The notes beneath the pieces are model-generated. The model was not told the DNA's origin. It was given only the letters and a program-made list of their open reading frames with translations, and did not search any database. Below are positions 1 through 9,194 of a stretch of 64,000 bases of DNA, piece by piece; positions within the stretch are counted from its first letter, which is position 1; every line of letters starts with the position of its first letter. Location of the stretch: IMG/VR virus record IMGVR_UViG_3300033153_008203, positions 32,001 to 96,000 of that record; one strand, 5' to 3'. Both the position numbers and the translations under genes were made by a program. Source of the DNA: a virus.

Positions 1-2
1 AG

Positions 3-614
3 AATCAACTTGCATTATTTGATAGGAAGTTAGAGCTTGACGATTTTGAGGTAGATCGTACTGACAGGCCTACAAAAGCAGACAGAGATAGGTATGAGAC
101 AGAGGCACTAGGATTCTATTTGTTTGATAATCCGCTTAGAGACCATGTTGAGCTTATAAATCAGAGCACAACCCACTCTATATATCAGGTAAAAAACAAT
201 GAAGTATCAAAGGAGGACAAAAATAGTGTAGTTGTAGCAGGATACATAGGCTCAGTTAAGAAGTTAAAACGTAGGAGTGATGGTGCACCAATGGCATTCT
301 TAGAACTAAGCGATGGCCTTAATACCGTAGAAATATGTATATTTACTAGGGAATACAAAAAGCTTGAACATGTTGCAGTCAAGAATGAACTCGTAATGTT
401 TCAAGGTCAGTTCAAAGAGTCTGAAGAAGGCGGACAAGTTGTAGCAAAAGGAGCCACTCTTTTGGATAGTCTACCAAAGCTTAAAGATGACGAAGGATTC
501 TTTTATTTTACCACTGAGAGTGGACATAAAATACTATTAGAAGCTAAAGAGAAGATAGGATTTTTACATAAATTAACACAAACATTTAACAATTGCACAG
601 AAGGGAGAAAATAA
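3..614 (+). CDS. dnaE: DNA polymerase III alpha subunit, C-terminal part (OB-fold); 5' end outside the window
   Basis: Frame is open from base 3 (NQLALFD...YETEALGFYLFDNPL, matching DnaE E-E-LGFY-S-HPL), followed by OB-fold VAGYIGSVKK...MAFLELSDG...VEICIF. Confidence 0.88.
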   Translation, partial: NQLALFDRKLELDDFEVDRTDRPTKADRDRYETEALGFYLFDNPLRDHVELINQSTTHSIYQVKNNEVSKEDKNSVVVAGYIGSVKKLKRRSDGAPMAFLELSDGLNTVEICIFTREYKKLEHVAVKNELVMFQGQFKESEEGGQVVAKGATLLDSLPKLKDDEGFFYFTTESGHKILLEAKEKIGFLHKLTQTFNNCTEGRK

Positions 615-622
615 TAGGGAAA

Positions 623-826
623 ATGAAGATAGTATCTGATGGTACGCCTGTAGGTACATATATTTATGATGAGAATGGCAACATAATGAGCAATGTTTTT
701 CGTGTAGAGCTTGACTTTGAAGTAGACGACATAGTTGTTGATGCAAAACTTACTGTTAGAGATATAGAATTAGAGTTAAATCTTGATAAAGAAAATGTAA
801 CTATAGAGAAAGAGGAGAGAAAATAA
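623..826 (+). CDS. Hypothetical phage protein
   Basis: ATG at 623 after AGGGA; stop overlaps the next start (TAATG). Confidence 0.6.
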   Translation: MKIVSDGTPVGTYIYDENGNIMSNVFRVELDFEVDDIVVDAKLTVRDIELELNLDKENVTIEKEERK

Positions 827-2055
827 TGGCAAGAAATGATTGGAGCTTAGAAGAGATTGGATTGCTTATAGATAATTTCACTAAGCAAAAAGATGAGATT
901 GGAAAAATATTGCTAGAGAATGGATTCGATAGAACTATGGAAGCAATAAAAACTAAAAAAAGGGATCTCAAAAGACGTGGAGAAGTAGCTGGATCTAGAG
1001 ATGAGCGAGAGCCAGATGGTATGGAGCCAATAGGTTCTCTAGGTGTAGAGGCTGTTGAGTACGTAGGTGGCAAAGAAGAAAATGAAGGCGCTAGTGGGAG
1101 GGTTGCACCGGGATCAGGTGGAGCAGGATTTTTTCCATCGGCAACAAAAAGAGATATTTACGGAAATTATAAATCCATGATGGAGGAACTTATAGCAGAA
1201 ACTAGAGCTTCTAGTGTGGTTGTAGCTGATGGTTCACCTGTTGAGAGTGAAAATGAATCGCTTGTAATTATGTTAAGCGATTTACATATTGGCAAAAATA
1301 TCAAGGACGAATGTGGTGTTGAACGATACAATGTTGAAATCGCTCTTGAAAGAATAGAACAAATTGGCACCGGAATCAAGAGAGTCATAGGACATGTGAA
1401 AAAAGGTGCAAGGGTTGATGAAGTAGTCGTATGCATGATAGGTGACATGCTAGAAGGCGGAGGAGATATATATAAAACGCAAGCCCATCATCTAGATGAC
1501 CATGTTGCAGGCCAGCTAAAAGCAGCTACAAGATCGCTATGGAAATTAATCACAGATCTTGCAGACATAGAAGGGATTGAAAAAGTTCGTGTGGCTACAG
1601 TGCGCGGTAATCATGGCAGATTATCTGACTTTACTCACGAAGACAGTAATATAGATAACTTGCTTTATGATAACTTGGAATTCGCTGCAACATTACATGG
1701 TGATGAAAAAATTTCAGTTACTACTAAGTATGCACCTTATCATATTGTGACTGTAAAAGGCCATAGGCTACTATTAAGGCATGAAGCACCACTAACTTGT
1801 GATACATCTGCTGCTAGAGCTAAACTTGGTGGTTGGTGTGAAATTCATGGCCCAATTTCAGCAATTTTGTCAGGCCATTATCACCATACTCAGATCTCAA
1901 CTTATGGTGACAAGTATATTTTGAGAAACTCTAGTCTCTGTGGACCGGACGATTTGAGCGAGAAAATGGGGGTTCATGCTAAACCTGAACAAATAGTTTT
2001 TGGAATATCCCAAAAAAGAATGCCTACATATATTTATCCAGTTACACTTGCATAG
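826..2055 (+). CDS. Calcineurin-like metallophosphoesterase with N-terminal Myb/HTH-like segment
   Basis: Motifs SDLHIG, GDMLEG, RGNHG, LRH, SGHYHH; N-terminus WSLEEIGLL; RBS GAGGAG. Confidence 0.85.
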   Translation: MARNDWSLEEIGLLIDNFTKQKDEIGKILLENGFDRTMEAIKTKKRDLKRRGEVAGSRDEREPDGMEPIGSLGVEAVEYVGGKEENEGASGRVAPGSGGAGFFPSATKRDIYGNYKSMMEELIAETRASSVVVADGSPVESENESLVIMLSDLHIGKNIKDECGVERYNVEIALERIEQIGTGIKRVIGHVKKGARVDEVVVCMIGDMLEGGGDIYKTQAHHLDDHVAGQLKAATRSLWKLITDLADIEGIEKVRVATVRGNHGRLSDFTHEDSNIDNLLYDNLEFAATLHGDEKISVTTKYAPYHIVTVKGHRLLLRHEAPLTCDTSAARAKLGGWCEIHGPISAILSGHYHHTQISTYGDKYILRNSSLCGPDDLSEKMGVHAKPEQIVFGISQKRMPTYIYPVTLA

Positions 2056-3006
2056 AAATCTCGAATTCTTCTAGTATGATTAGCGCAGACGCTTCAATAG
2101 ATGAAAGGAACCACTCTGTACGTCCATCACCACTTTTTGGACTTGTACTTTTTCTTTGAAGCGTTTGTGCATTTTTATTTCTAAAGCTGATGCTAAACCA
2201 TATGTAGTTGAGACAACTTTAATGACACTCGTCAATCCAAACTGATTTTTAATCTTCTTGATACGCTTGTCTAAATTAGTGCTGATACCTATCTTTACGA
2301 TACCTAAAGAAGCATTGGCTACAAGATAAATATCGCATGGTGTCGTATCGTTATTTTGCCTAAGCCTTGCATAGTGTTCTCTTAGGCTATACTTGTCTTC
2401 TCAGAAGCTCTTAGTTGTATATCTGGATTAGCAGCCAATGTGGCCTTAGTTTTTCTGACAATCCGTTCTATTAGGCCAGGAGTTGTACACTTAGTTTCTA
2501 CAGATTTCTTGGCTCTATTCTTTGCTATATCAGGATTTGCTCTAAGTGTTTGACTATTCTTTTTACCACCTTCTATTCTGATATTTGGATTTACTGTTAA
2601 AGTCTTTATAAGTTTTTTATTAATCTCTACTTGTATATGAGGATTGTCTGCCATTGTTTTTTTACGCTTAATGACAGCTTCTTTTTTTATAGAAGGATCG
2701 TTTTTGCAAGTTTCAGAATGTTTAGCACCTCTTTGCTTGCATAGTTCTGGATTATTATTGGCACATGCAATAGAACAGAATATCTGATAGCCTCTAGTCA
2801 TACTGAGAAGTATAGCTGGATCTCCACAAGTTGGACAATAAATAATATCAGGATTAATATATTTAACATAGTAATCAGTGACACTTGTATTGTGAATTTT
2901 ATTCACATGTATCCCCAGTCCATGTGAATTTTTAAACTCTCGGTCACACAGCCGACATTTAGTAAGATTGTCTTTTTGATTTTTCTTTTGAGGTAGGTAT
3001 TGGCAT
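2042..3006 (-). pseudogene. Frameshifted GIY-YIG (T5orf172-like) homing endonuclease with C2H2 zinc finger and 18-aa repeats
   Basis: AGGAG RBS and ATG at 3006. After a shift: CRLCDREFKNSHGLGIHVNKIH, then CPTC/CSIAC and seven 18-aa repeats. After a shift near 2385: DIYLV...VKIGIS...KR...LE..MH. After a third shift: GRTEWF, then TAA at 2042. Three frameshifts in total. Confidence 0.75.
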
Positions 3007-3110
3007 GATTGTCTCCTAGTGTATAATAAGATTTAAGAGGGACAGCAGAATCCCTTATGGGCTCCGTTCTGTTTCCTGTCTGCGTCAACAGATAGGATTA
3101 TCTCTCATTT

Positions 3111-3123
3111 CTATAATATTAAA
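3111..3123 (-). promoter_or_regulatory. Candidate phage-specific (late) promoter motif TTTAATATTATAG
   Basis: Identical 13-mer at 31694-31706 and 11/13 copy at 12289-12301; each is intergenic and upstream of a - strand gene. Confidence 0.4.
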
Positions 3124-3181
3124 CGATCTATGTCTATTATAAGCTGATTTAATTTAAAAAGAACTCCCGCCAAAATAATGC

Positions 3182-3210
3182 TTGACAAAACAGAGATTCC
3201 TCGCTATACT
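3182..3210 (+). promoter_or_regulatory. sigma70-type promoter P1
   Basis: TTGACA-17 bp-TATACT. Confidence 0.85.
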
Positions 3211-3265
3211 ATATAAATAATCACCAAGCAATCACATATAAAAAAACAATAACTTAAGATTTTAC

Positions 3266-3294
3266 TTGACAAAAACGAAATTCCTCGCTATAAT
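3266..3294 (+). promoter_or_regulatory. sigma70-type promoter P2 (perfect consensus)
   Basis: TTGACA-17 bp-TATAAT; spacer nearly identical to P1 (shared ATTCCTCGC). Confidence 0.9.
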
Positions 3295-3327
3295 ATAAAA
3301 ACAATCAAACGAAACCAAACAAGGAGA

Positions 3328-3585
3328 ATGAACATGGCATTTGCAAAGAAAGGAAAAGCACGGATAGAAAAAATAGTTGGATCATTTCAAAAACATATTG
3401 ATGAACTTGCACTAGGCGTTCAGGAGGTACAAGATGAGATCTCTGGTAATGAGGGTACGCTCACCAGAGCAAGGCAAGTATTTGAGGCGTTAGAGACAAA
3501 CACTAGAGATAAAAACGGGGTGCTTGAGGATAGCAAAGACCAAGCGAATAAGATCAAGACAAACATAGAAGCACTTCTTAAGTAG
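3328..3585 (+). CDS. Hypothetical coiled-coil protein
   Basis: AAGGAG RBS, first ORF after P1/P2, heptad pattern; start may be 3334. Confidence 0.7.
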   Translation: MNMAFAKKGKARIEKIVGSFQKHIDELALGVQEVQDEISGNEGTLTRARQVFEALETNTRDKNGVLEDSKDQANKIKTNIEALLK

Positions 3586-3593
3586 GAGGATAT

Positions 3594-4013
3594 ATGACAA
3601 AAGTGATCGATTTTAAGACAGGACAAACAATAGAAGAGGAGACAGAAGAAATGGAAAAGAAAAAACCAACAATGAAAGAAATGGAAGCAAGGGTTAAGCA
3701 ATTAGAAACAATAGTTGGTCAATTCCAAGGGGCATTACAGGGCATAAATGGTGAGCTTTTCCAGAACAACGCAAACGCAATTTCGTTGTTTCGTGCTCTC
3801 GAAGAGAAAGGCATAATCGGAGAAGACGACATCAAGGAATCATGGCAGAAGCACATCGTGGAACCATACGAGCAAGGACAAGAAGGTGAAGGAGAAGCAG
3901 CAAACGACACTATTCGTGGACGGAGCAAAGACGCAGTACACCTTGATGAGGCAAACTATAACGACACTGCAACAGAGCCTGTAACAACAGATGAAGAGTC
4001 CCATGAAGGATAA
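3594..4013 (+). CDS. Hypothetical acidic protein
   Basis: AGGAGG RBS; 139-aa ORF in operon. Confidence 0.7.
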   Translation: MTKVIDFKTGQTIEEETEEMEKKKPTMKEMEARVKQLETIVGQFQGALQGINGELFQNNANAISLFRALEEKGIIGEDDIKESWQKHIVEPYEQGQEGEGEAANDTIRGRSKDAVHLDEANYNDTATEPVTTDEESHEG

Positions 4014-4176
4014 AGATCCTATCATAAGCAATAAAGGGTTTTGCGATGAAGATTGTCCATTTTATCATCTTCGTTTTGAAGACCTTGGAAGCACATGCAC
4101 TAGAGACAACAAAAACATTGAACACGATAGTAGCTGTAATGGCGCATGGATACCACACTGTAAGACAGAGGCGTAA
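3991..4176 (+). CDS. Small Cys-rich hypothetical protein
   Basis: CDEDCPFY...C...C...HC; fills the gap before the primase; start may be 4003. Confidence 0.5.
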   Translation: MKSPMKDKDPIISNKGFCDEDCPFYHLRFEDLGSTCTRDNKNIEHDSSCNGAWIPHCKTEA

Positions 4177-4179
4177 ACT

Positions 4180-6642
4180 ATGAATAGAGAACTGTTTCGT
4201 GAAGCAATCGAAAAAATAAGAGTACATCTACCCGAGTACCTTGAAGAGCAAGGCATAGACCCTAACTTCAACTTTACATGTATTCATCCTGACCACAATG
4301 ATGGCAATCCATCAATGGGATTACCAGGAGAGAAGGTAAACTTCAACTGTCTTGGCTGCGGAGCAACTGGAGATATATTTACAGCAGCACATTACCTTGA
4401 AGACAAACCTCTACTTGGACCTGAATGGATAATAGAAAATGTAAAGTATCTGGGCGACAAATACGGGATAGAGATGCCTGAGTACGATCTATCCGAAACA
4501 GATCTCTATGAAATAGACACATACAAGGCATACAAGTTAGCATCAGACTACATCGCCAGCAGAGAGAACGGTAACTATGAGCTCTTCGATAAAGAAATGG
4601 AAAGGCGAAAATGGAACCCTGAATTGCTGACTGAGTTACTTATTGGAACTGTATCTCATAACAAGTATAAAGAGTACATGAAGTCTCTTGGATTCACAGT
4701 AAAATTCTTAGGAGAAATAGATCTTATAAGAAAAGACCTCTTCAATGATGATCATATGGTATTTACCGTGTGTGATGAGTATGGAAGGCCATGTGGATTT
4801 GCAGCAAGAAATCTTACTTATGTTAAAGGTGATAAAAGTAGTGGAATAAAATATGTTAACCAAAAGACAACTGGCGCCAAATGCAATATTTATAAAAAAG
4901 GATCTAGGCTCTATGGTTTTCATCGTGCAACCAAAAACTCTCCACCCCTGTATATATTTGAAGGCTATGCAGATGTTATCACAGCCATACATAATGGCAT
5001 CAAAAACACTTGTTGCATCGGCGGCACAGCTTTTACAACAGACCATGTGATAGCTCTCAAAGAAGCTAAGCAGTACGATATAGTTCTGGCACTAGACTCT
5101 GATGAAGCAGGACAAAATAAAACACAGAAGATTCTAGATGAAAAGCTAGCCGGTCATAGAGATATGAAGATAAGGCTTATCAATTTTCCAGAAGGACAAG
5201 ATCCTGATGACTTCATAAGAGACAATGGAGCATCAGAATTCCACGAGCTAACAAAGTATGATGCCTTTGCGTGGAGGCTTGAAAGGTATGACGACTTAGT
5301 AGAAGACCCTCAAGATATATGTGACCAGATGATTCCTTTTATTGTCAATGAACCTAATCATTGCACTAAAGAGATCATGGTCAATACGCTTAGTATGCAC
5401 ACAGGGGTCAGCAACAAGTCCATACAGAACGAGCTTAACAGGCTTGACAATGTTCATGATGCAGAGCTACAACAAGAGAAAAGTCTTATAATCGACAAGA
5501 TGAATAAGGAACTCAGGCGTGATCCTGATAATGCAGCACACATCATGAGTATGGCGCTCAACAATATCGACAATGTTAGTAAGGTATACAACCTAGATAA
5601 CTTTAGTAAGGAAAGCTGGACAGAAACTATCAGGTCTAATAAAGAGAAAGAGGAAACAGAAAGCGACCAAGACCCTGGGTTTAAACTAGACGGCTTACCA
5701 TTACTTGAAAAAGTATTAAAAGGTAACTGGAGAGAGGATGTCTTCTTATGTATAGGCGGTAGCCCTAACACAGGCAAGACAGCAATCATGGCATCACTAG
5801 CATATAACATAGCAGCATACAATGATGATGTTTGCGTTATCTTTCATACGATAGATGACAGTGCAGGGCAGTTTCTACCAAGGCTTGTATGTATAGCTAA
5901 TGATGACCCTACTCTAGAAATTAACCATGTAATGAATCCTGTGTATTATAAGCGTCCTGATCTGCTTGATAAAAGAAGCTTTGGATATCAGAAAATAGAT
6001 CAGCTTGCACAAGATGGAAAGCTTATAGTTAAGGATGCGTCAGCAGGTGGGTCATTAGCATATGGAGAAAGCCTTGTTAAGTATTATCAGGACAAGTATC
6101 CTAATAGGCAGATAGTGTATTTTCTTGACAACTTTCATAAGCTTAACGAAGCATCTGGTATGAGTGAGAAGGACGAGAGGTTAAAAATTAAATCATTCTC
6201 TCATTATGTTAAAAATAATATCGCCGTCAAATACCATATACCTGTGATAGCTACAGTTGAGTACACTAAACTTGAGCCCACAAAGAGACCTACTAACAAC
6301 AACGTTGCTGAGTCTGTCTCGATAGAGTACGACTGTAACCTCATGTGTCACCTATACAATGATATGCATGCACAGGGAGCAGCAGCAAAACTGTACCATA
6401 GAACAATAGTAGATGGAGAAGAAGTAAGGCTACCAAGGATAGAAATGAGTATAGGAAAGAATAAGATCACGTCCTTTAAAGACAAGATGTATTTCGATTT
6501 TTATCCTGCAAGCTCCATGTATAGGTGCTGTGACAGAAGCGTTGCTGAAGATGAATTAAGCAGTGCAGAGCAAGTATCACGACAGAGTTTCGATAATTCA
6601 AAACGAGCCACTCCTGGTGGCAGAATGGTAGGAGTAAAATAA
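4180..6642 (+). CDS. dnaG: DNA primase (CHC2 zinc finger + TOPRIM) fused to DnaB-like helicase
   Basis: CIHPDH...CLGC zinc finger, GFAAR, KYVN, FEGYADV, LDSDEAG, DPDDFI; helicase Walker A GGSPNTGKT, Walker B FLDNFH, ESVSIEYDCN. Confidence 0.92.
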   Translation: MNRELFREAIEKIRVHLPEYLEEQGIDPNFNFTCIHPDHNDGNPSMGLPGEKVNFNCLGCGATGDIFTAAHYLEDKPLLGPEWIIENVKYLGDKYGIEMPEYDLSETDLYEIDTYKAYKLASDYIASRENGNYELFDKEMERRKWNPELLTELLIGTVSHNKYKEYMKSLGFTVKFLGEIDLIRKDLFNDDHMVFTVCDEYGRPCGFAARNLTYVKGDKSSGIKYVNQKTTGAKCNIYKKGSRLYGFHRATKNSPPLYIFEGYADVITAIHNGIKNTCCIGGTAFTTDHVIALKEAKQYDIVLALDSDEAGQNKTQKILDEKLAGHRDMKIRLINFPEGQDPDDFIRDNGASEFHELTKYDAFAWRLERYDDLVEDPQDICDQMIPFIVNEPNHCTKEIMVNTLSMHTGVSNKSIQNELNRLDNVHDAELQQEKSLIIDKMNKELRRDPDNAAHIMSMALNNIDNVSKVYNLDNFSKESWTETIRSNKEKEETESDQDPGFKLDGLPLLEKVLKGNWREDVFLCIGGSPNTGKTAIMASLAYNIAAYNDDVCVIFHTIDDSAGQFLPRLVCIANDDPTLEINHVMNPVYYKRPDLLDKRSFGYQKIDQLAQDGKLIVKDASAGGSLAYGESLVKYYQDKYPNRQIVYFLDNFHKLNEASGMSEKDERLKIKSFSHYVKNNIAVKYHIPVIATVEYTKLEPTKRPTNNNVAESVSIEYDCNLMCHLYNDMHAQGAAAKLYHRTIVDGEEVRLPRIEMSIGKNKITSFKDKMYFDFYPASSMYRCCDRSVAEDELSSAEQVSRQSFDNSKRATPGGRMVGVK

Positions 6643-6854
6643 TGCCGATATTCGAATTTTCTTGTACGAAGTGCGGATTTGTTACCGAAAAGATAGTCCA
6701 ACTTAATAGTGCAAACGAAGAAGAGTATACCACAGTAGTAGAACCGTGCCCTAACTGTGACAATAATACGTTTAATAAGATTATGAGTAGTTCAAGTTTT
6801 CGCTTAGAAGGCGGAGGATGGGCATCTCAGGGCTATCAGAAAAAGAAAAGCTAA
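6642..6854 (+). CDS. FmdB-family zinc-ribbon protein
   Basis: MPIFEFSCTKCG...CPNC...FRLEGGGW signature. Confidence 0.85.
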   Translation: MPIFEFSCTKCGFVTEKIVQLNSANEEEYTTVVEPCPNCDNNTFNKIMSSSSFRLEGGGWASQGYQKKKS

Positions 6855-6904
6855 TATTTCGGCGGGAACATTTTTAAAAAAATAAAGCAACAAAGGAGGA
6901 CTAA

Positions 6905-7660
6905 ATGATTGGCGAGATAAGACTTGGATTTCATGTAGATGGGATAGGATGGTACAGAGACTGCAGTGAACTAATATATAAGATAGATTCAAACTCTAAC
7001 CTTAAGTGCTTTAAGGAAGGAGAGATAATTGAAATGGATGAGTCACTATTTAAAATAGAATCTATTGAGCTTGCCTTTATACCGTATCCAGGCAGGAAAA
7101 ACTTTGAGAGACAGAAGCCTATAAAGCTTGTCTATGTATCTAAGGCTAGTGTTCTTACAGGAGATACTAAGATAAGAAATGCTGTTAAGCTAGAAGACAT
7201 AGAGCCTGCAAAAGAATTAAATATCAAAGAAGAAAATATTAAGGTGGATAAAGGGTACGATAAGAAAGAGTTTAACGAAGAGTTCAGTCACGTTGTTAAA
7301 CCAGAGAAGCCAAAGAAGAAATCAAAGAGGAGGACCAAGAAAGATGAAGCACCAACAAGGAAAACATCAACAAAGAAAGCTAAGACTGAAAAGAAAGCCG
7401 CGTCCGAACCTGAAGTTTCAAAAAAGTTTCAGAAAACTAAAGTGGAAAGAAAGAAGCGAACTACTGGAAGAGCTAAGAGTGTCAAGATAGTTCCAGCTGA
7501 GCCTATTAAAAAAGCTACTAAGGCCATGGCAAAGGTCAATGCAAAAAGTAAGGCTGAGGACAGCCCTAGTGTCTCTAAGAAGCACTCTAGGAGGAAGAGA
7601 TGTCCAGGTTGTAAGGGATTATTTAAGAGTTTAGGGAGGCATAAATGCAAGACGAAGTAA
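6905..7660 (+). CDS. Protein with Lys-rich histone-H1-like tail and C-terminal zinc finger
   Basis: AAGGAGG RBS; K/A/T/R-rich C-terminal half; CPGC...H-C at the end. Confidence 0.7.
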   Translation: MIGEIRLGFHVDGIGWYRDCSELIYKIDSNSNLKCFKEGEIIEMDESLFKIESIELAFIPYPGRKNFERQKPIKLVYVSKASVLTGDTKIRNAVKLEDIEPAKELNIKEENIKVDKGYDKKEFNEEFSHVVKPEKPKKKSKRRTKKDEAPTRKTSTKKAKTEKKAASEPEVSKKFQKTKVERKKRTTGRAKSVKIVPAEPIKKATKAMAKVNAKSKAEDSPSVSKKHSRRKRCPGCKGLFKSLGRHKCKTK

Positions 7661-7887
7661 GGAAAGCTACAAAATACAAAGTAGTATTAGAGAGAGAAGA
7701 TGGAGAACCACTTGACAAGCTTACGACTTGTATTGAATTGACGTTTTGTTCAGATGAGTACCTCACTAAAGAGTACTTGCAGAACATGAGAGAAGGACTT
7801 AGAACTATTATAGATAGCGAATCATATCGTTATACTTCAAAAAAGGAACAGGAACTCTATGAAAAACTACACAAGAAAACAGATTAG
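7645..7887 (+). CDS. Hypothetical protein
   Basis: GGGAGG RBS; overlaps both neighbours. Confidence 0.6.
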   Translation: MQDEVRKATKYKVVLEREDGEPLDKLTTCIELTFCSDEYLTKEYLQNMREGLRTIIDSESYRYTSKKEQELYEKLHKKTD

Positions 7888-8617
7888 CACAGACGATATA
7901 GATGCTTACTCTATGTGTCCTAAGTTCTATGAGCTTAGCCAAGATAAAGTCGAGACCGTAGATGAAGACGATGACACTATCTTTAATACTTACATCAAAG
8001 AAACAATACTACAAATGCATATCATGGAGTTAAGCACAGGACACAAGACAGAATTTCATTCTGTAAAGATTTTTTTTGACAAGGTGTTTTGGAAGTCTTT
8101 TACTGATGATATCTTGGTAACTAAAGCGTTAGAGTATTCAGAACGTGGACTAGATATTCTTCATAAGTATCACAGTACTGTGTACTCTATGTCAAGAAAT
8201 AAGATAGTTGCGGTTAAAGCACCATATGATTACACACTCAACTCAGAGAAGATAGCTGTACCAGCAGAACTAGAAGTTATATCTGTTGACAAGGAGAATG
8301 ATGTGGTGTATCTTATGGTTTTTACGGATAAAGAAAGTGTTGCCGCGATTAGAGAAGATGCGATTACATCGGCATGCAACATGGTAAAAATGTCTGCAAT
8401 CTTTAAAGAAACACCTAGCAATCATACTGTAAAAGCCACATTCTATAATGCTGAAAAAAATATAGGGTGTACTTTTGATGTTACAAATGATATGGTTAAC
8501 GAAATAGATAGACAAGTAAAGTATCTTGCTCAAGGTATACATAATAAGGTCTACTATAAGTCTAAGACTGACATGTGTAATGAATGCAAATATATAAAAG
8601 AATGTGATAAGGAGTAA
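7859..8617 (+). CDS. Cas4/PD-(D/E)XK-fold protein, probably catalytically degenerate
   Basis: YSMCPKFY and C-terminal CNECKYIKEC give the 4-Cys pattern; no D/ExK at the expected positions (ELEVI...LMVFT). Confidence 0.65.
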   Translation: MKNYTRKQISTDDIDAYSMCPKFYELSQDKVETVDEDDDTIFNTYIKETILQMHIMELSTGHKTEFHSVKIFFDKVFWKSFTDDILVTKALEYSERGLDILHKYHSTVYSMSRNKIVAVKAPYDYTLNSEKIAVPAELEVISVDKENDVVYLMVFTDKESVAAIREDAITSACNMVKMSAIFKETPSNHTVKATFYNAEKNIGCTFDVTNDMVNEIDRQVKYLAQGIHNKVYYKSKTDMCNECKYIKECDKE

Positions 8618-8620
8618 ATA

Positions 8621-9181
8621 ATGGTTTTATCTGATAGACAAATAACACAAAGATGTAGAGAAGAAAGCATGATTTATCCATTTGAAGTTGGACAAGTCAA
8701 AAGGAATGGCAGCAAAGATATTATTAGTTATGGTACATCTAGCTTTGGATATGATGCACGTATAGCCAATGAGTTTAAGATTTTTACTAATGTAAATCAT
8801 TCTGTTGTAGACCCAAAGAACTTTGATGAAGGCTCATATGTAGACGTTATTGGAGAGGAAGTAATAATCCCGCCAAATTCTTTTCTTCTTGGAAGGACTA
8901 TAGAGTATTTTAAGATCCCTAGAGACATTCTTACCATATGTCTTGGGAAAAGCACGTATGCTAGGTGTGGTCTTATAGTAAATGTAACTCCACTTGAGCC
9001 TGAGTGGGAAGGCCATGTTACAATAGAGATATCAAACACAACTCCGTTGCCTGCCAAGATATATGCAAATGAAGGGATCTGTCAGTTCCTATTCTTGAAG
9101 GGAGAACTCTGTACTACATCGTATGCAGATAGAAGAGGAAAATATCAAGGCCAAACAGGCGTAACTTTACCTAAAACATAA
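8621..9181 (+). CDS. dcd: dCTP deaminase
   Basis: [38 protein letters not shown]. Confidence 0.96.
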   Translation: MVLSDRQITQRCREESMIYPFEVGQVKRNGSKDIISYGTSSFGYDARIANEFKIFTNVNHSVVDPKNFDEGSYVDVIGEEVIIPPNSFLLGRTIEYFKIPRDILTICLGKSTYARCGLIVNVTPLEPEWEGHVTIEISNTTPLPAKIYANEGICQFLFLKGELCTTSYADRRGKYQGQTGVTLPKT

Positions 9182-9194
9182 GGAGATAAAAGAT

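Noticed and set aside
2903-3088. 61-aa ORF MTQTGNRTEP...
   Set aside because: Wrong frame; the RBS-linked ATG at 3006 and the zinc-finger frame explain the region better.
8867-8878. Further TCCCGCCAAA matches (in dcd and near 59578)
   Set aside because: They lie inside coding sequence and lack the TTTAAAAA arm; probably chance.
8621-9181. dcd as evidence for uracil-substituted DNA
   Set aside because: dCTP deaminase usually just feeds dTTP synthesis in AT-rich phages; no UDG inhibitor or other supporting gene was recognised.
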